The notes under the pieces are model-generated. The model searched no databases and was not told where the DNA came from. It worked only from the letters and a program-made list of their open reading frames with translations. From IMG/VR virus record IMGVR_UViG_3300017950_001657: DNA of 64,000 nt. One strand, 5' to 3'. Positions within the stretch are counted from its first letter, which is position 1. Every line of letters starts with the position of its first letter. Made by a program: the position numbers and the translations under genes. Origin of the DNA: an uncultured virus (IMG/VR IMGVR_UViG_3300017950_001657) (taxonomy: Duplodnaviria; Heunggongvirae; Uroviricota; Caudoviricetes). Shown in pieces: positions 47,855 to 57,170 of the stretch.

Positions 47855-49139
47855 CCTTTTTGTCGTAATAAGCCCAGTTACCAAATGCTGGCTTGATGTT
47901 ATCCGGACCATGGATAATAAACACAGTATCGCAGTAGAATTCGTCACCCCAGGTACCACAGGGATAACCATCAGTAAACATCACAAACCGGTTAGGCTGG
48001 ATGTCGTTGTCCTTCATAAATTTCCAGTTACATTCAAACATCGTACCGCCACCGCCCTGGGGCTCATATGTCATGATGTCGTCGATGTTGGTAGCGTCAA
48101 ACTCAGCGTAGTTATAGACTTCGGTATCGAAGCACCAGAGCTTGATCTTGAAGTCTGTGTACATATCCATGATGGCCTTAATCTCGCTAAAGAAATCACG
48201 GGCCTGTTCGTTGCTGATGCTGCCGCTCATATCCACAGCAACCGCAATATCAATGGTAGTCTCAGGAACCATGCCGGGCAGCAGGAAGTCACTGCCCCAG
48301 CTCTTACGGCTACGGCGCATAAAACTGTAGTCGCTTTTGATTGAGCTTTCAATGCTCATCGCAAGCATGCTGCGCCAGTCCATCTTGGGCTCAGTAAGAT
48401 CTTTAACAATGCGAGCAACACCTGCAGGAAGGTTACCAGCGCCACCAGCCTGCTTGGCACTGTTGATTAATGCTTCCTTAATCTCATCACGGATCTTCTT
48501 GCGCTCTTCGTCAGAATAAGTGGGCTTACCCGAGCTCTTGAGGTTACCGTTCTCGTCCTCACTAATGCCGCCAGAACCGCCCTCGCCATCATCGCCTTCA
48601 AGATGCTCGTCCAGCAGCATATCAATATACTGCTCTAGATCAATCTTTTCAGCGTTGTCATAGAGATCGTCGTAAATCTCCTCCATGCTCATATTGTAGT
48701 ACTTACGGTCATGTAGAGCAGGCACTGTAGTAATAAGCTCACCAATGCGGCTCTGCACCAGATCTCCGTTTACAGCAAAGTCAGCAGCAATGTTCGCAAT
48801 CTGAGCGTCATGTTTGTTGAGCTTGCTACGGCCCAGATGCTCGTAGACATTGTGAAGTACCTCATGCCCAAACAGGAACTCTACTTCCTTGCTCTTGAGC
48901 ATGTTGATGAACTTGCTATTATAATAGAAGTGGCGACCGTCAGTAGCTGCTGTGGGCAACCACTGATCTGCATTCACAAGCGGCAACCGAGTTGCCATAT
49001 TACCAAACCATGCTGCCTTGAGAAGCAGGCTAACGCGAGCAGTAGTGAGCTTCTCGCGAGCATCTAGATCTTCCTGACGAACTGTCTCGAACCCCACAGG
49101 GAGGTTTACGTGCTTCTTGTTTGCTGTAGTCGTGGTCAT
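47847..49139 (-). CDS. DUF2201-type metallopeptidase-like + vWA domain protein
   Basis: TAATDG, HEVLH, DMSGS (MIDAS), GGGT and FTDG. Confidence 0.88.
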   Translation of the reverse strand: MTTTTANKKHVNLPVGFETVRQEDLDAREKLTTARVSLLLKAAWFGNMATRLPLVNADQWLPTAATDGRHFYYNSKFINMLKSKEVEFLFGHEVLHNVYEHLGRSKLNKHDAQIANIAADFAVNGDLVQSRIGELITTVPALHDRKYYNMSMEEIYDDLYDNAEKIDLEQYIDMLLDEHLEGDDGEGGSGGISEDENGNLKSSGKPTYSDEERKKIRDEIKEALINSAKQAGGAGNLPAGVARIVKDLTEPKMDWRSMLAMSIESSIKSDYSFMRRSRKSWGSDFLLPGMVPETTIDIAVAVDMSGSISNEQARDFFSEIKAIMDMYTDFKIKLWCFDTEVYNYAEFDATNIDDIMTYEPQGGGGTMFECNWKFMKDNDIQPNRFVMFTDGYPCGTWGDEFYCDTVFIIHGPDNIKPAFGNWAYYDKKVN

Positions 49140-49158
49140 ATGTATCTCCTATATGTAT

Positions 49159-49186
49159 ATATTAACATAAGGACAGCGGCTGTCAA
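49159..49186 (-). promoter_or_regulatory. Early promoter 1
   Basis: GG-TTGACA-N16-TAATAT, then AGGAG and ATG. Confidence 0.75.
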
Positions 49187-49190
49187 CCGC

Positions 49191-49481
49191 TTACCCCCCA
49201 ATTTGCAGAGGGGTAAGCATGTTAGCAGGAACCTTCCAAACAGTGTTGGTATTGCCTTCGAACACATTCACCCACTTGCGACCAACCTTGCGGACCTTGC
49301 CCGTTACAGTTGAGCCAGTGCGGGTGGACTCAAAGCTGACAATATCACCAACCATCAGCTTGCGAATGTTCTGCTTAGTGAGCTGCTGACGACGCATCTT
49401 AATAGCATGGACGACATCGTCCAGCTGGCGGTCTGTCATCTGCTGAATATCTGCTACGACACTGTCTACTACGTGGATCAT
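49191..49481 (-). CDS. Small early protein with SH3-like C-terminus
   Basis: VGDIVSF...GKVRKV...WKVPANML; GAGGAG SD. Confidence 0.75.
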   Translation of the reverse strand: MIHVVDSVVADIQQMTDRQLDDVVHAIKMRRQQLTKQNIRKLMVGDIVSFESTRTGSTVTGKVRKVGRKWVNVFEGNTNTVWKVPANMLTPLQIGG

Positions 49482-49511
49482 CTCTTGCTCCTCAATTTCA
49501 ACTTATAATGT

Positions 49512-49539
49512 ATAATAGCACGGATGCTATTATCGTCAA
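49512..49539 (-). promoter_or_regulatory. Early promoter 2 (contains a 9-4-9 palindrome)
   Basis: GG-TTGACG-N16-TATTAT; ATAATAGCA-CGGA-TGCTATTAT. Confidence 0.75.
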
Positions 49540-49549
49540 CCAAAAAAAC

Positions 49550-49601
49550 CCGCAGAAAACTACGATTCTATTATTTTTTTAAACCGCAGAAAACTGCGAT
49601 T
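49550..49601. repeat. 18-bp direct repeat CCGCAGAAAACT(A/G)CGATT between divergent promoters
   Basis: Copies at 49550-49567 and 49584-49601, 17/18 identical. Confidence 0.85.
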
Positions 49602-49619
49602 TTTTTAGGTTAGAAACGG

Positions 49620-49647
49620 TTGACTATCTGGTTACCCGTGCTATTAT
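49620..49647 (+). promoter_or_regulatory. Early promoter 3
   Basis: GG-TTGACT-N16-TATTAT, with CGTGC before the -10. Confidence 0.75.
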
Positions 49648-49678
49648 GAAGCATAAGTTGGAAATGAGGAGCAAGCAT

Positions 49679-49906
49679 ATGTTTATAAGCGAATGGAAGA
49701 AATCGGATTGGCGTACCACAGAAACGTGGGAGTCGATCAACTGTTCGAGCGGTGATGTAACAATCACCAAGATTGGCGATGGATTCATGGGTCGCGACCC
49801 TAACGGCATGCTGGTTTCACAGTTTCCTGATACCTGGGAAAACACTGTTCGGATGATGGAATCTTGCTTTGATTGGCGTATAGATTTAGGTGAAAAAATA
49901 GCCTAA
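49679..49906 (+). CDS. Small early hypothetical protein
   Basis: GAGGAG SD before ATG 49679. Confidence 0.7.
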   Translation: MFISEWKKSDWRTTETWESINCSSGDVTITKIGDGFMGRDPNGMLVSQFPDTWENTVRMMESCFDWRIDLGEKIA

Positions 49907-49911
49907 AACGG

Positions 49912-49939
49912 TTGACGAAACCCTTATACGTGCTAATAT
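49912..49939 (+). promoter_or_regulatory. Early promoter 4
   Basis: GG-TTGACG-N16-TAATAT, with CGTGC. Confidence 0.75.
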
Positions 49940-49967
49940 GTATATATAGGAAATGAGGAGCAAGCAC

Positions 49968-50309
49968 ATGGACAAGATGTACAAAGTTATCGAAGATTTG
50001 GACAACAAGCGCAACGAGCAGGGTTTTGAGACTCGTTGGAGCATGTTTGGCGAAGAGATTGTTGATCTCAACGACCGTGTTGTTAACGAAGAGCGTGATA
50101 TGTATCGTGTAACTTATCGTGCTTTTGACGAGAACCTGCAGGAATATGAGTTTAGCTCGTTCACTGCTACGAACACTGTAGAGGGTTTTTGGGCAGCGGC
50201 TGAGTCCGTTTTCCAGCAGGCCAGACGTGAAGTTGGTGATTGGCATGTGTTTGTCGAAGGCTTTAATCTCGTTGAGGATGGTAGCTTCCGGCTTACCACT
50301 GGCTCGTAA
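49968..50309 (+). CDS. Small acidic early hypothetical protein
   Basis: GAGGAG SD before ATG 49968. Confidence 0.75.
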   Translation: MDKMYKVIEDLDNKRNEQGFETRWSMFGEEIVDLNDRVVNEERDMYRVTYRAFDENLQEYEFSSFTATNTVEGFWAAAESVFQQARREVGDWHVFVEGFNLVEDGSFRLTTGS

Positions 50310-50312
50310 AGG

Positions 50313-50340
50313 TTGACACATAGCACAGATGTGCTATGTT
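50313..50340 (+). promoter_or_regulatory. Early promoter 5 (contains a 9-4-9 palindrome)
   Basis: GG-TTGACA-N16-TATGTT; ACATAGCAC-AGAT-GTGCTATGT. Confidence 0.7.
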
Positions 50341-50368
50341 TAGATATTAGTTAAACAAGGAGAAAGAA

Positions 50369-51478
50369 ATGGCAGACATTGATGCCCGTACTGTTACTCT
50401 TGCAGAAGCCGAGAATCGTATCGTTCGTGCTTTCCGCAATAAGCTTCCGGTTTTCCTCTGGGGGCCTCCGGGTGTAGGCAAGAGCGAGCTTATGGCTGGC
50501 ATTGCTGACAAGGGCACCTTGGGTAATACTGCCCTGGTAGATATCCGTGTTGCTCTTATGGAGCCTACGGACCTGCGTGGCATGCCGTTCCTTAGCAAGA
50601 GTCAGGATAACATGCTCTGGGCTCCCCCTGTGGATCTGCCCAGCGAGGAGATGGCTGCTGAGTATGATACTGTCATCCTGTTCCTGGATGAAATGAACTC
50701 AGCCGCGCCGGCTGTGCAGGCCGCTGCCTACCAGCTGATTCTCAACCGTCGCATCGGCACCTACAAGCTTCCCGATAACGTGGTTATCGTTGCTGCTGGT
50801 AACCGTGAGAGCGACAAGGGTGTTACCTACCGTATGCCCACTCCGCTGGCCAACCGTTTCGTCCACCTTGAGGTCCGTCCGGACTATGAGAGCTGGCTGA
50901 ACTGGGCTGTTAACAACCAGATCAATGAAGATGTGGTGGGTTATATCAGCTTCGCCAAGCAGGATCTCATGGACTTTGATCCTCGCTCTAGCGGCCGCTC
51001 GTTTGCTACGCCGCGTAGCTGGACCTATGTTAGCCGCTTCCTGGAGGACGACGCAATCTCTGACAGCGAGCTCACTGACCTAGTCAGCGGTTGCGTGGGT
51101 GAGGGTGTTGCGATTAAGTTTATGGCGCACCGTAAGGTTGCCAAGGACATGCCGCATCCTGCGGATATCCTTGCTGGCAAGGTTAAGGAGCTCAAGATTA
51201 AGGAGATCAGCGCCCAGTATGCCCTGACTATTGGCATGTGTTACGAGCTCAAGAATGCCTACGACGACTTTGGTAAGAAGGACGCCAAGCGGTGGCACGA
51301 GATGGCTGACAACTTCTTCCGGTTCATGATGGACTTCTTCCCCACGGAGATGACTGTTATGGGTGCTCGTACGGCTATCACCAACTACAACCTGCCCTTC
51401 CAGCCGGACAAGCTGGCGAACTTTAAGGAGTTTTTTGACCGGTTTGGCAAGTATGTTGTTAAGGCTATGGAGAACTAA
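50369..51478 (+). CDS. MoxR-like AAA+ ATPase
   Basis: GPPGVGKS, LFLDE, AAGN and LANRF. Confidence 0.9.
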   Translation: MADIDARTVTLAEAENRIVRAFRNKLPVFLWGPPGVGKSELMAGIADKGTLGNTALVDIRVALMEPTDLRGMPFLSKSQDNMLWAPPVDLPSEEMAAEYDTVILFLDEMNSAAPAVQAAAYQLILNRRIGTYKLPDNVVIVAAGNRESDKGVTYRMPTPLANRFVHLEVRPDYESWLNWAVNNQINEDVVGYISFAKQDLMDFDPRSSGRSFATPRSWTYVSRFLEDDAISDSELTDLVSGCVGEGVAIKFMAHRKVAKDMPHPADILAGKVKELKIKEISAQYALTIGMCYELKNAYDDFGKKDAKRWHEMADNFFRFMMDFFPTEMTVMGARTAITNYNLPFQPDKLANFKEFFDRFGKYVVKAMEN

Positions 51479-51479
51479 G

Positions 51480-51749
51480 ATGACTGACCTTACACTCGCA
51501 GAAGACTTTGCGCCCTGGTGGGAGTTGTACAAGTACAAAGATCGTGAAATTCCAGCCAGGGAGTTTGGTGACCAAAAGGTTGTTTATAAGCATGGTAGCA
51601 ACCGCGGATGGCCTGGCGATGAAGAGGATGTACAGTATTGGGTGGAACTTGAGAACGGATTTGCTGTAGGTATGCGTCATGGACGTGGACCCAGCGGCGC
51701 TCGTAGAGCACAGTATGCTGAATTTCCTGTGGTTAGAATGAAAGCTTAA
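51480..51749 (+). CDS. Hypothetical protein
   Basis: GGAG before ATG 51480. Confidence 0.65.
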   Translation: MTDLTLAEDFAPWWELYKYKDREIPAREFGDQKVVYKHGSNRGWPGDEEDVQYWVELENGFAVGMRHGRGPSGARRAQYAEFPVVRMKA

Positions 51750-51755
51750 CCAAGT

Positions 51756-52214
51756 CTAATTTTTAAGAAGTTTGGTTAGTTCCTCTATAACTTTGGAACA
51801 CTGAGCGCTTTTGTGGAATAACATCTGTATCTGCTCCTTAGCAGGTACAGATTCCACAATTTTTTGTAATAACGTAGTTTGCTCTAAGGTGTACAGCGCC
51901 ATAATTTGATCGTTAGTAATGCTATTAGATTGAATAAGTATGTTGCCTATCTCTACGGATATCTTTTCGCCGGCATCCCAGTCAGCTTTAAGATTTTCCT
52001 TTATAGCATTGGCACTAGCGGCAGGTTCAGTTTTTTCTAGGTCCTCCTTAAACGCCTGGTAAATATCAACATAAACTGCTGCTATTTTATATGAGGCCTG
52101 GCAGGATATTATAGAACTTAGTCCGTTACGTAACGTGTCTATTTTAGATTGAGCATACGCCATATTACTAAAGAGAAAAAAAGACAATAAAGTTAAGATT
52201 AATTTTGACTTCAT
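51756..52214 (-). CDS. Secreted helical protein with signal peptide
   Basis: MKSK + hydrophobic core + AYA cleavage site. Confidence 0.6.
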   Translation of the reverse strand: MKSKLILTLLSFFLFSNMAYAQSKIDTLRNGLSSIISCQASYKIAAVYVDIYQAFKEDLEKTEPAASANAIKENLKADWDAGEKISVEIGNILIQSNSITNDQIMALYTLEQTTLLQKIVESVPAKEQIQMLFHKSAQCSKVIEELTKLLKN

Positions 52215-52262
52215 GATAAACAACCTTTATCATATACTTATACATATATCTAGGAGATAACA

Positions 52263-52535
52263 ATGACAGATGAAACACAAGTAGAAACAAGCGAGACAGA
52301 AGCAGAAGCAGAACAGGCCGAAGCGCCTGCTGCACCCAACTTAGAAATTAATGACCTAGTTTTGGTCGCTAATGTAATCCAGGCAGTAGCACAGAGGGGC
52401 GCCATTCGTGCCAACGAGATGGCTACTGTAGGCAATCTATACAACAAACTAATGGCATTTCTAACAGCTAACGGTGCGATTGCTGCGCCACAGGCTGATG
52501 AGGCTGAAGAACAAACAGGAGATACTGATGCTTAA
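52263..52535 (+). CDS. Hypothetical protein
   Basis: AGGAG SD; QRGAIRANE motif. Confidence 0.75.
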   Translation: MTDETQVETSETEAEAEQAEAPAAPNLEINDLVLVANVIQAVAQRGAIRANEMATVGNLYNKLMAFLTANGAIAAPQADEAEEQTGDTDA

Positions 52536-53160
52536 ACATGTTGGGAGACAAGGTGGGGAGAACGTCGTAGTAGTTTTCCGTGAAGTTCCCGGTGAGGAAC
52601 ATATGTGCCTGGTAGTTTACCCAGGTCAACTACCCACATCATTTCATGATGACCTTATGCGGTGTATTGAGAGTAACGCAGGACAATCATCAAGTCATCT
52701 AGGCGAAGCAATGAGTCGTGTAGTAGGTACTGATGGTCGTAATCTGCTACAAGCAGTACATGCAGAACGATGGATGAAGAAGATTCGTTGTCAGGATGTT
52801 ATCATGACTCCAGTACCAAATAAACCAGGCGCTCGGTTAGATGAAATTAACAAGATCATTGCTGAAATGGAATCAGGTGCAGATGCTGCCAAGCGTATGG
52901 CAGAGATTGATGCACAAGCTGGTCTAGCAGATCCGGCTAAGACTATTGACAATACAGCATATGCTGCAAGTGCTCAGGGTGTACTAACTGATGCAGATAT
53001 TGCTGCAGACCTGCTGAAGCAGGCAACACAAATGGAATCACAGATTGCAGGACTACAGGCAGAAGTTGCACGTCTTACTGAAGAAGCAACTGCACTTGAT
53101 CCGAGTGTTGCTCCAGCACCTGCTCCTAAGAAGCGTGGCCGTAAGAAGGCTGCTGCCTAA
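52528..53160 (+). CDS. Hypothetical protein with coiled coil and basic tail
   Basis: AGGAG before ATG 52528 (MLKHVG). Confidence 0.75.
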   Translation: MLKHVGRQGGENVVVVFREVPGEEHMCLVVYPGQLPTSFHDDLMRCIESNAGQSSSHLGEAMSRVVGTDGRNLLQAVHAERWMKKIRCQDVIMTPVPNKPGARLDEINKIIAEMESGADAAKRMAEIDAQAGLADPAKTIDNTAYAASAQGVLTDADIAADLLKQATQMESQIAGLQAEVARLTEEATALDPSVAPAPAPKKRGRKKAAA

Positions 53161-53840
53161 TGAAGGTAAGCCTGGTTAGTTTTAGTCAAGCCAGTCCAGA
53201 GTTTTTAACTGAACACGGTCTTACTGACGCAGATGTGCAGGACCTTATTGCGTTCTGTGCTAGAGTCAGCAACCCTAGTGGACAGTTAAACATGGAAACT
53301 AGCGCCAAGCTCATCAAATATCTCATCAAACACAAGCACTGGTCTCCCCTAGAAATGGTTAGTGCTTGTATGGAGATTGAAACTACTCGTGACATAGCAA
53401 GGCAGATCCTACGTCACAGGAGTTTTAGTTTCCAGGAATTTAGTCAACGCTATGCTGATCCCACAAAGGATTTAGAGTTCGTTACCCGTGAAGCACGTTT
53501 GCAGGATACTACAAACAGGCAGAACAGCATTGATACAGAAGATGCTAGTCTACAAGCAACATGGGAAAATAAACAGCTCAATGTTATCGAAGCTGCTCAA
53601 AAGGCATATGCGTGGGCTATTGAGAATGGTATTGCTAAAGAACAAGCCAGAGCTGTATTGCCTGAGGGCAATACAGTAAGCCGCATGTATATGAACGGTA
53701 CGCTACGTAGTTGGGTACACTACATTGAACTACGTGGTGCTAATGGTACTCAAAAAGAACACATGGATATTGCCCATGCGTGTGCACGAGTAATTGCAGA
53801 TGTGTTCCCACTTGCGGACGAAATGTTTGAATGGACGTAA
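53160..53840 (+). CDS. thyX: Flavin-dependent thymidylate synthase
   Basis: HWSPLE and RHRSFSFQEFSQRY. Confidence 0.96.
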   Translation: MKVSLVSFSQASPEFLTEHGLTDADVQDLIAFCARVSNPSGQLNMETSAKLIKYLIKHKHWSPLEMVSACMEIETTRDIARQILRHRSFSFQEFSQRYADPTKDLEFVTREARLQDTTNRQNSIDTEDASLQATWENKQLNVIEAAQKAYAWAIENGIAKEQARAVLPEGNTVSRMYMNGTLRSWVHYIELRGANGTQKEHMDIAHACARVIADVFPLADEMFEWT

Positions 53841-54103
53841 CTCACAACTGGGTACCTAAACATTCATACCCACAAGGTTGCGGTTACTGGAAAGTATACG
53901 AACATCAAATACCCCTCGAGCGTGATGGTGTAATTGGCGAGAGCATATGGTGGGCGGCAAATAAATGTAAAAGTCGCTGGGGTTGGTATTTTACAGAACA
54001 TGACAGTCATGCTGTTACAGGCAATGCTGTTATGACATTTGAAGATCCTAAAGAAATGGTTTTTTGGGCAATACGTTGGCTAGCAGAACATAGGAAAAAA
54101 TAA
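53831..54103 (+). CDS. Trp-rich hypothetical protein
   Basis: Coupled ORF. Confidence 0.65.
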   Translation: MDVTHNWVPKHSYPQGCGYWKVYEHQIPLERDGVIGESIWWAANKCKSRWGWYFTEHDSHAVTGNAVMTFEDPKEMVFWAIRWLAEHRKK

Positions 54104-54372
54104 TGGCAAAAGTTATTAAGAAAATTATTACTACTCCACCTGATATAGATAGTATTACTCAAAAGCTTGGTATTGGTAGATTAGAACTGGTCAGCATTGC
54201 AGCTAATATAGCCAGAACTAAAAGGGTAAAAGCTACCGAGGCATTGTGGATGCTGGATCGGGGCGAAGTGGCCTTGGAGCAAGTTCGAGAAAATATTGTT
54301 CTACAGTTACAAAAACACGTTCCAGAACTGGAACAAAAGCAAGAAGATGATACGCCTACACAATCTGAATAG
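54103..54372 (+). CDS. Hypothetical protein
   Basis: TAATG-coupled. Confidence 0.6.
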   Translation: MAKVIKKIITTPPDIDSITQKLGIGRLELVSIAANIARTKRVKATEALWMLDRGEVALEQVRENIVLQLQKHVPELEQKQEDDTPTQSE

Positions 54373-55339
54373 ACTATACGAGGAACTATCTCCAAGTTTA
54401 GAACGCATGAACGACCTGGTTTTAAAATCAGGTCGTGTCATGTTGGGCGAATTTACTGAAAAATTTGAAAACAGAATAGCAACTGTTGCTGGTGTTGAAC
54501 ATGCCGCAGTAGTAGGCAGTGGCAGTGATGCCTTGTATTATGCTCTAATAGCAGAAAAGGTAGATGGACCAGTAGCAATGCCTGCGCAAACATTTATTGC
54601 TACTAGCAATAGCATCGCAAGAGCAGGATGTCAGCCTGTGTGTATTGACATTAAACCTAATGGATTGCTTGATTGGAATTTAGTTCCGCAAGAGATTGAA
54701 ACAGCGGTATGGGTAGGATTGTTTGGAAACACTGAACATATTCCTGATGACTGTTTTGTAATAGAAGATGGTGCTCAACATTTTGGAGCGCCCTTACAAG
54801 CAGACACTGCTGCTTACAGTTTTGATCCCACAAAAGCATTACCCAACTTTGGCAATGGTGGTGCTGTAGTAAGCTGGGATAAAAAGGTTATTGATAGAGT
54901 AAAAGAATTACGTAGACATCATACAGTAGACGGGCATGTTGGTGGCAATAGTATTATGAGCGAGCGTGATTGTGCTGAGATGCTAGTTAAATTAGATCAT
55001 TTCCCGTTCTGGCAAGAGCGTAGACAGGAGATTGCTAGAGATTATCATCAGCAGTTAGGCAGATACGTAAAGTGTGTAACTGATGCAGATGGACAAGTTA
55101 GTAAGTTTGTTATTGAAACATCACGTAGAGCTGACTTACAAGCACATCTAACACATCGTAAAATAGAAACAAAACGTGCCTATAGTGAGCCTATTGCTAC
55201 ACTAGACAGAGCAGTGGCAAACTGTCATAAGTTTTTACAGTTGCCTTGCGATCCATATATGACTGATGAAGAACTGTTAGCTGTTGTAGTGGCTATCAAA
55301 GAATTCTTTGAGGAAAGCCCACTCGAAGGTTTGCTGTAG
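54347..55339 (+). CDS. DegT/DnrJ/EryC1/StrS aminotransferase
   Basis: GSGSDAL, TFIAT, EDGAQ and SFDPTK...GNGG. Confidence 0.9.
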   Translation: MIRLHNLNRLYEELSPSLERMNDLVLKSGRVMLGEFTEKFENRIATVAGVEHAAVVGSGSDALYYALIAEKVDGPVAMPAQTFIATSNSIARAGCQPVCIDIKPNGLLDWNLVPQEIETAVWVGLFGNTEHIPDDCFVIEDGAQHFGAPLQADTAAYSFDPTKALPNFGNGGAVVSWDKKVIDRVKELRRHHTVDGHVGGNSIMSERDCAEMLVKLDHFPFWQERRQEIARDYHQQLGRYVKCVTDADGQVSKFVIETSRRADLQAHLTHRKIETKRAYSEPIATLDRAVANCHKFLQLPCDPYMTDEELLAVVVAIKEFFEESPLEGLL

Positions 55340-56518
55340 ATCATTTCCATCTTGAACATACTTGACTGCATCTTCAGCACCTCGCACACTCCACTCACCG
55401 TTCTCACCATTACCAACTGTACTCCATTGCTCTAGTCTATAACGACTCTCAATGTCCGACTGTTGAGTAAGTTTAACACACTCACGAAACGCTGTACGCC
55501 AAGTTTCATATGGTGTGGTGTTAAAGTCAGCAGTGCTTCCTACGACAGGTACTACACCATGTCTAGCACTTAGCGTAAAATCCAATCCCCATTCTGTAGC
55601 ATCTAACACCATCTGTTTGTGGTATGCAATAATACCCATGTGCCCATATTCTAGTCCGTTAACAGGATTACGACTATGAAATATCCAGTGTTTGGGCCCT
55701 TGTAGCCAGTCCGGTTGCCACTTAAAATTAAAGTCGGGCTCGACGATACACTTAGCAAACACGTTAAAGAACCAGGGTGTTTCGCTTATCTCAGCACAGG
55801 CTTTGTATGCTTGTGCTCTGCCTGTGACGCCGTCTATGCGCTTGGCTCTAGGGCACTGTGCCTTTAACAGAAACCAGTTTTTATCGGCGTTTTTTTCACC
55901 ATTACTAAGATATACAACATCTAGTGGCTTTTCTTCTATATTATAGTCCGTATGACGCAATATGTATGGGTAGTCATAGAATTGGTCCTTAAAATGCTGT
56001 TTACAGTCCCTAGGCACTAGTAGTACACTGCCGCTCTGTGTAAAGGCGTGTAGATCACGTTTTTTCCATAGACTGGGATCATAGTTAATGTCTGCGGGAG
56101 TTTGCTTGTGCCATGCATATAGGCTTGTTTGTTCATTCAAACTATCAACTGTAGGCCACTCATAACGCTGTATATAGGGCTCTGTATGCCAGTTGATATG
56201 CTTGTACCACTCTAGTAGTTTAAGGCCCTCTTGTTGACGCTTAAAAGCAGCTACAGGCACTAGGAAAGTATCCCCAAACTGCTGGTTACCGCTAGCCCAA
56301 CAGTGTATCTGATCTGCTTCCCAGGGTGCAGGTTGCCATGTAAAATCAAATGTTGCATAATTGCAACAGTCTGCTACAATCCACACATACTCTGTACGAG
56401 CACGGTTAACACACCTACGTATTGTATCTAGGTGTGTACCGTTCCAACGAGTGTATTGTGTGTGGGCTGGTAGGTCAACAGTATTACCTGTAATCTGCAT
56501 GCAAAAGATATCAAACAT
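55277..56518 (-). CDS. Glycosyltransferase-like protein (tandem GT-A-like domains)
   Basis: Two related segments (ARTEYVWIV / SETPWFFNV); NPVNGLEYG and WRTAFRE. Confidence 0.5.
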   Translation of the reverse strand: MFDIFCMQITGNTVDLPAHTQYTRWNGTHLDTIRRCVNRARTEYVWIVADCCNYATFDFTWQPAPWEADQIHCWASGNQQFGDTFLVPVAAFKRQQEGLKLLEWYKHINWHTEPYIQRYEWPTVDSLNEQTSLYAWHKQTPADINYDPSLWKKRDLHAFTQSGSVLLVPRDCKQHFKDQFYDYPYILRHTDYNIEEKPLDVVYLSNGEKNADKNWFLLKAQCPRAKRIDGVTGRAQAYKACAEISETPWFFNVFAKCIVEPDFNFKWQPDWLQGPKHWIFHSRNPVNGLEYGHMGIIAYHKQMVLDATEWGLDFTLSARHGVVPVVGSTADFNTTPYETWRTAFRECVKLTQQSDIESRYRLEQWSTVGNGENGEWSVRGAEDAVKYVQDGNDLQQTFEWAFLKEFFDSHYNS

Positions 56519-56519
56519 T

Positions 56520-57170
56520 CTATAAAAACTTATTCATAATGAAATCAGCTATAGCCCTATGTCCTATTCTGTTAGGATGCATTTCACATGGCCTTATAAA
56601 ATTTTGAACATCACTATTATTATCTTGTAGCCAACATGAAAAATCTCCACAATGTGGATATTCTGCAAAGTAATTTTGTGTGTCAAAAACTTCTTTGACT
56701 AAACAAGAACGTTTACTAATTAACCATGCGTTATCTGGAATCAGATCGTACAAGAAACTTTCTGCTAACTGCCCTGCAAATAAATTTACAAAGTAGCACT
56801 GTATACCCAAATCCTGGCACCATTTATATAAAATATAAAGAGTTTGGCTTGCAACTATGTCATCATTGTAGTCGTTGCCAGTCATTTGTAGTATGCGAAG
56901 TTCACTAATTTCTTGGGCAGTGCCTTCTGAATAATCTATGTAGTTATTGTAATCTTTGTAAAACATCTGTCTACTTGGATCTGTCAAACAAAAAATTGCT
57001 ATACTAAAATCTTTTCGTACCTCATTAAAACGTCTAAGTAATCCAGGAATACTTGTTCCGTTAACACCATAGTTGTTTGATCCTAACAAACAAGGAAAAG
57101 ACCACTTACTATCTAACTCAGCTCCATATACCCAACTATCTCCAAAAAAAACTACACGATTAAAATCCAA
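56520..57170 (-). CDS. SGNH/GDSL-like protein
   Basis: FGDSW...HPNRIGH. Confidence 0.65.
   Translation of the reverse strand: MDFNRVVFFGDSWVYGAELDSKWSFPCLLGSNNYGVNGTSIPGLLRRFNEVRKDFSIAIFCLTDPSRQMFYKDYNNYIDYSEGTAQEISELRILQMTGNDYNDDIVASQTLYILYKWCQDLGIQCYFVNLFAGQLAESFLYDLIPDNAWLISKRSCLVKEVFDTQNYFAEYPHCGDFSCWLQDNNSDVQNFIRPCEMHPNRIGHRAIADFIMNKFL

Noticed and set aside
49550..49601. Mini-CRISPR array
   Set aside because: Only two 18-bp copies with a 16-bp A/T spacer, and no cas genes.
49482..49678. Invertible promoter switch bounded by the inverted leader repeats
   Set aside because: No recombinase is in the window, and inversion would swap nearly equivalent promoters. Duplicated promoter/RBS units explain it better.
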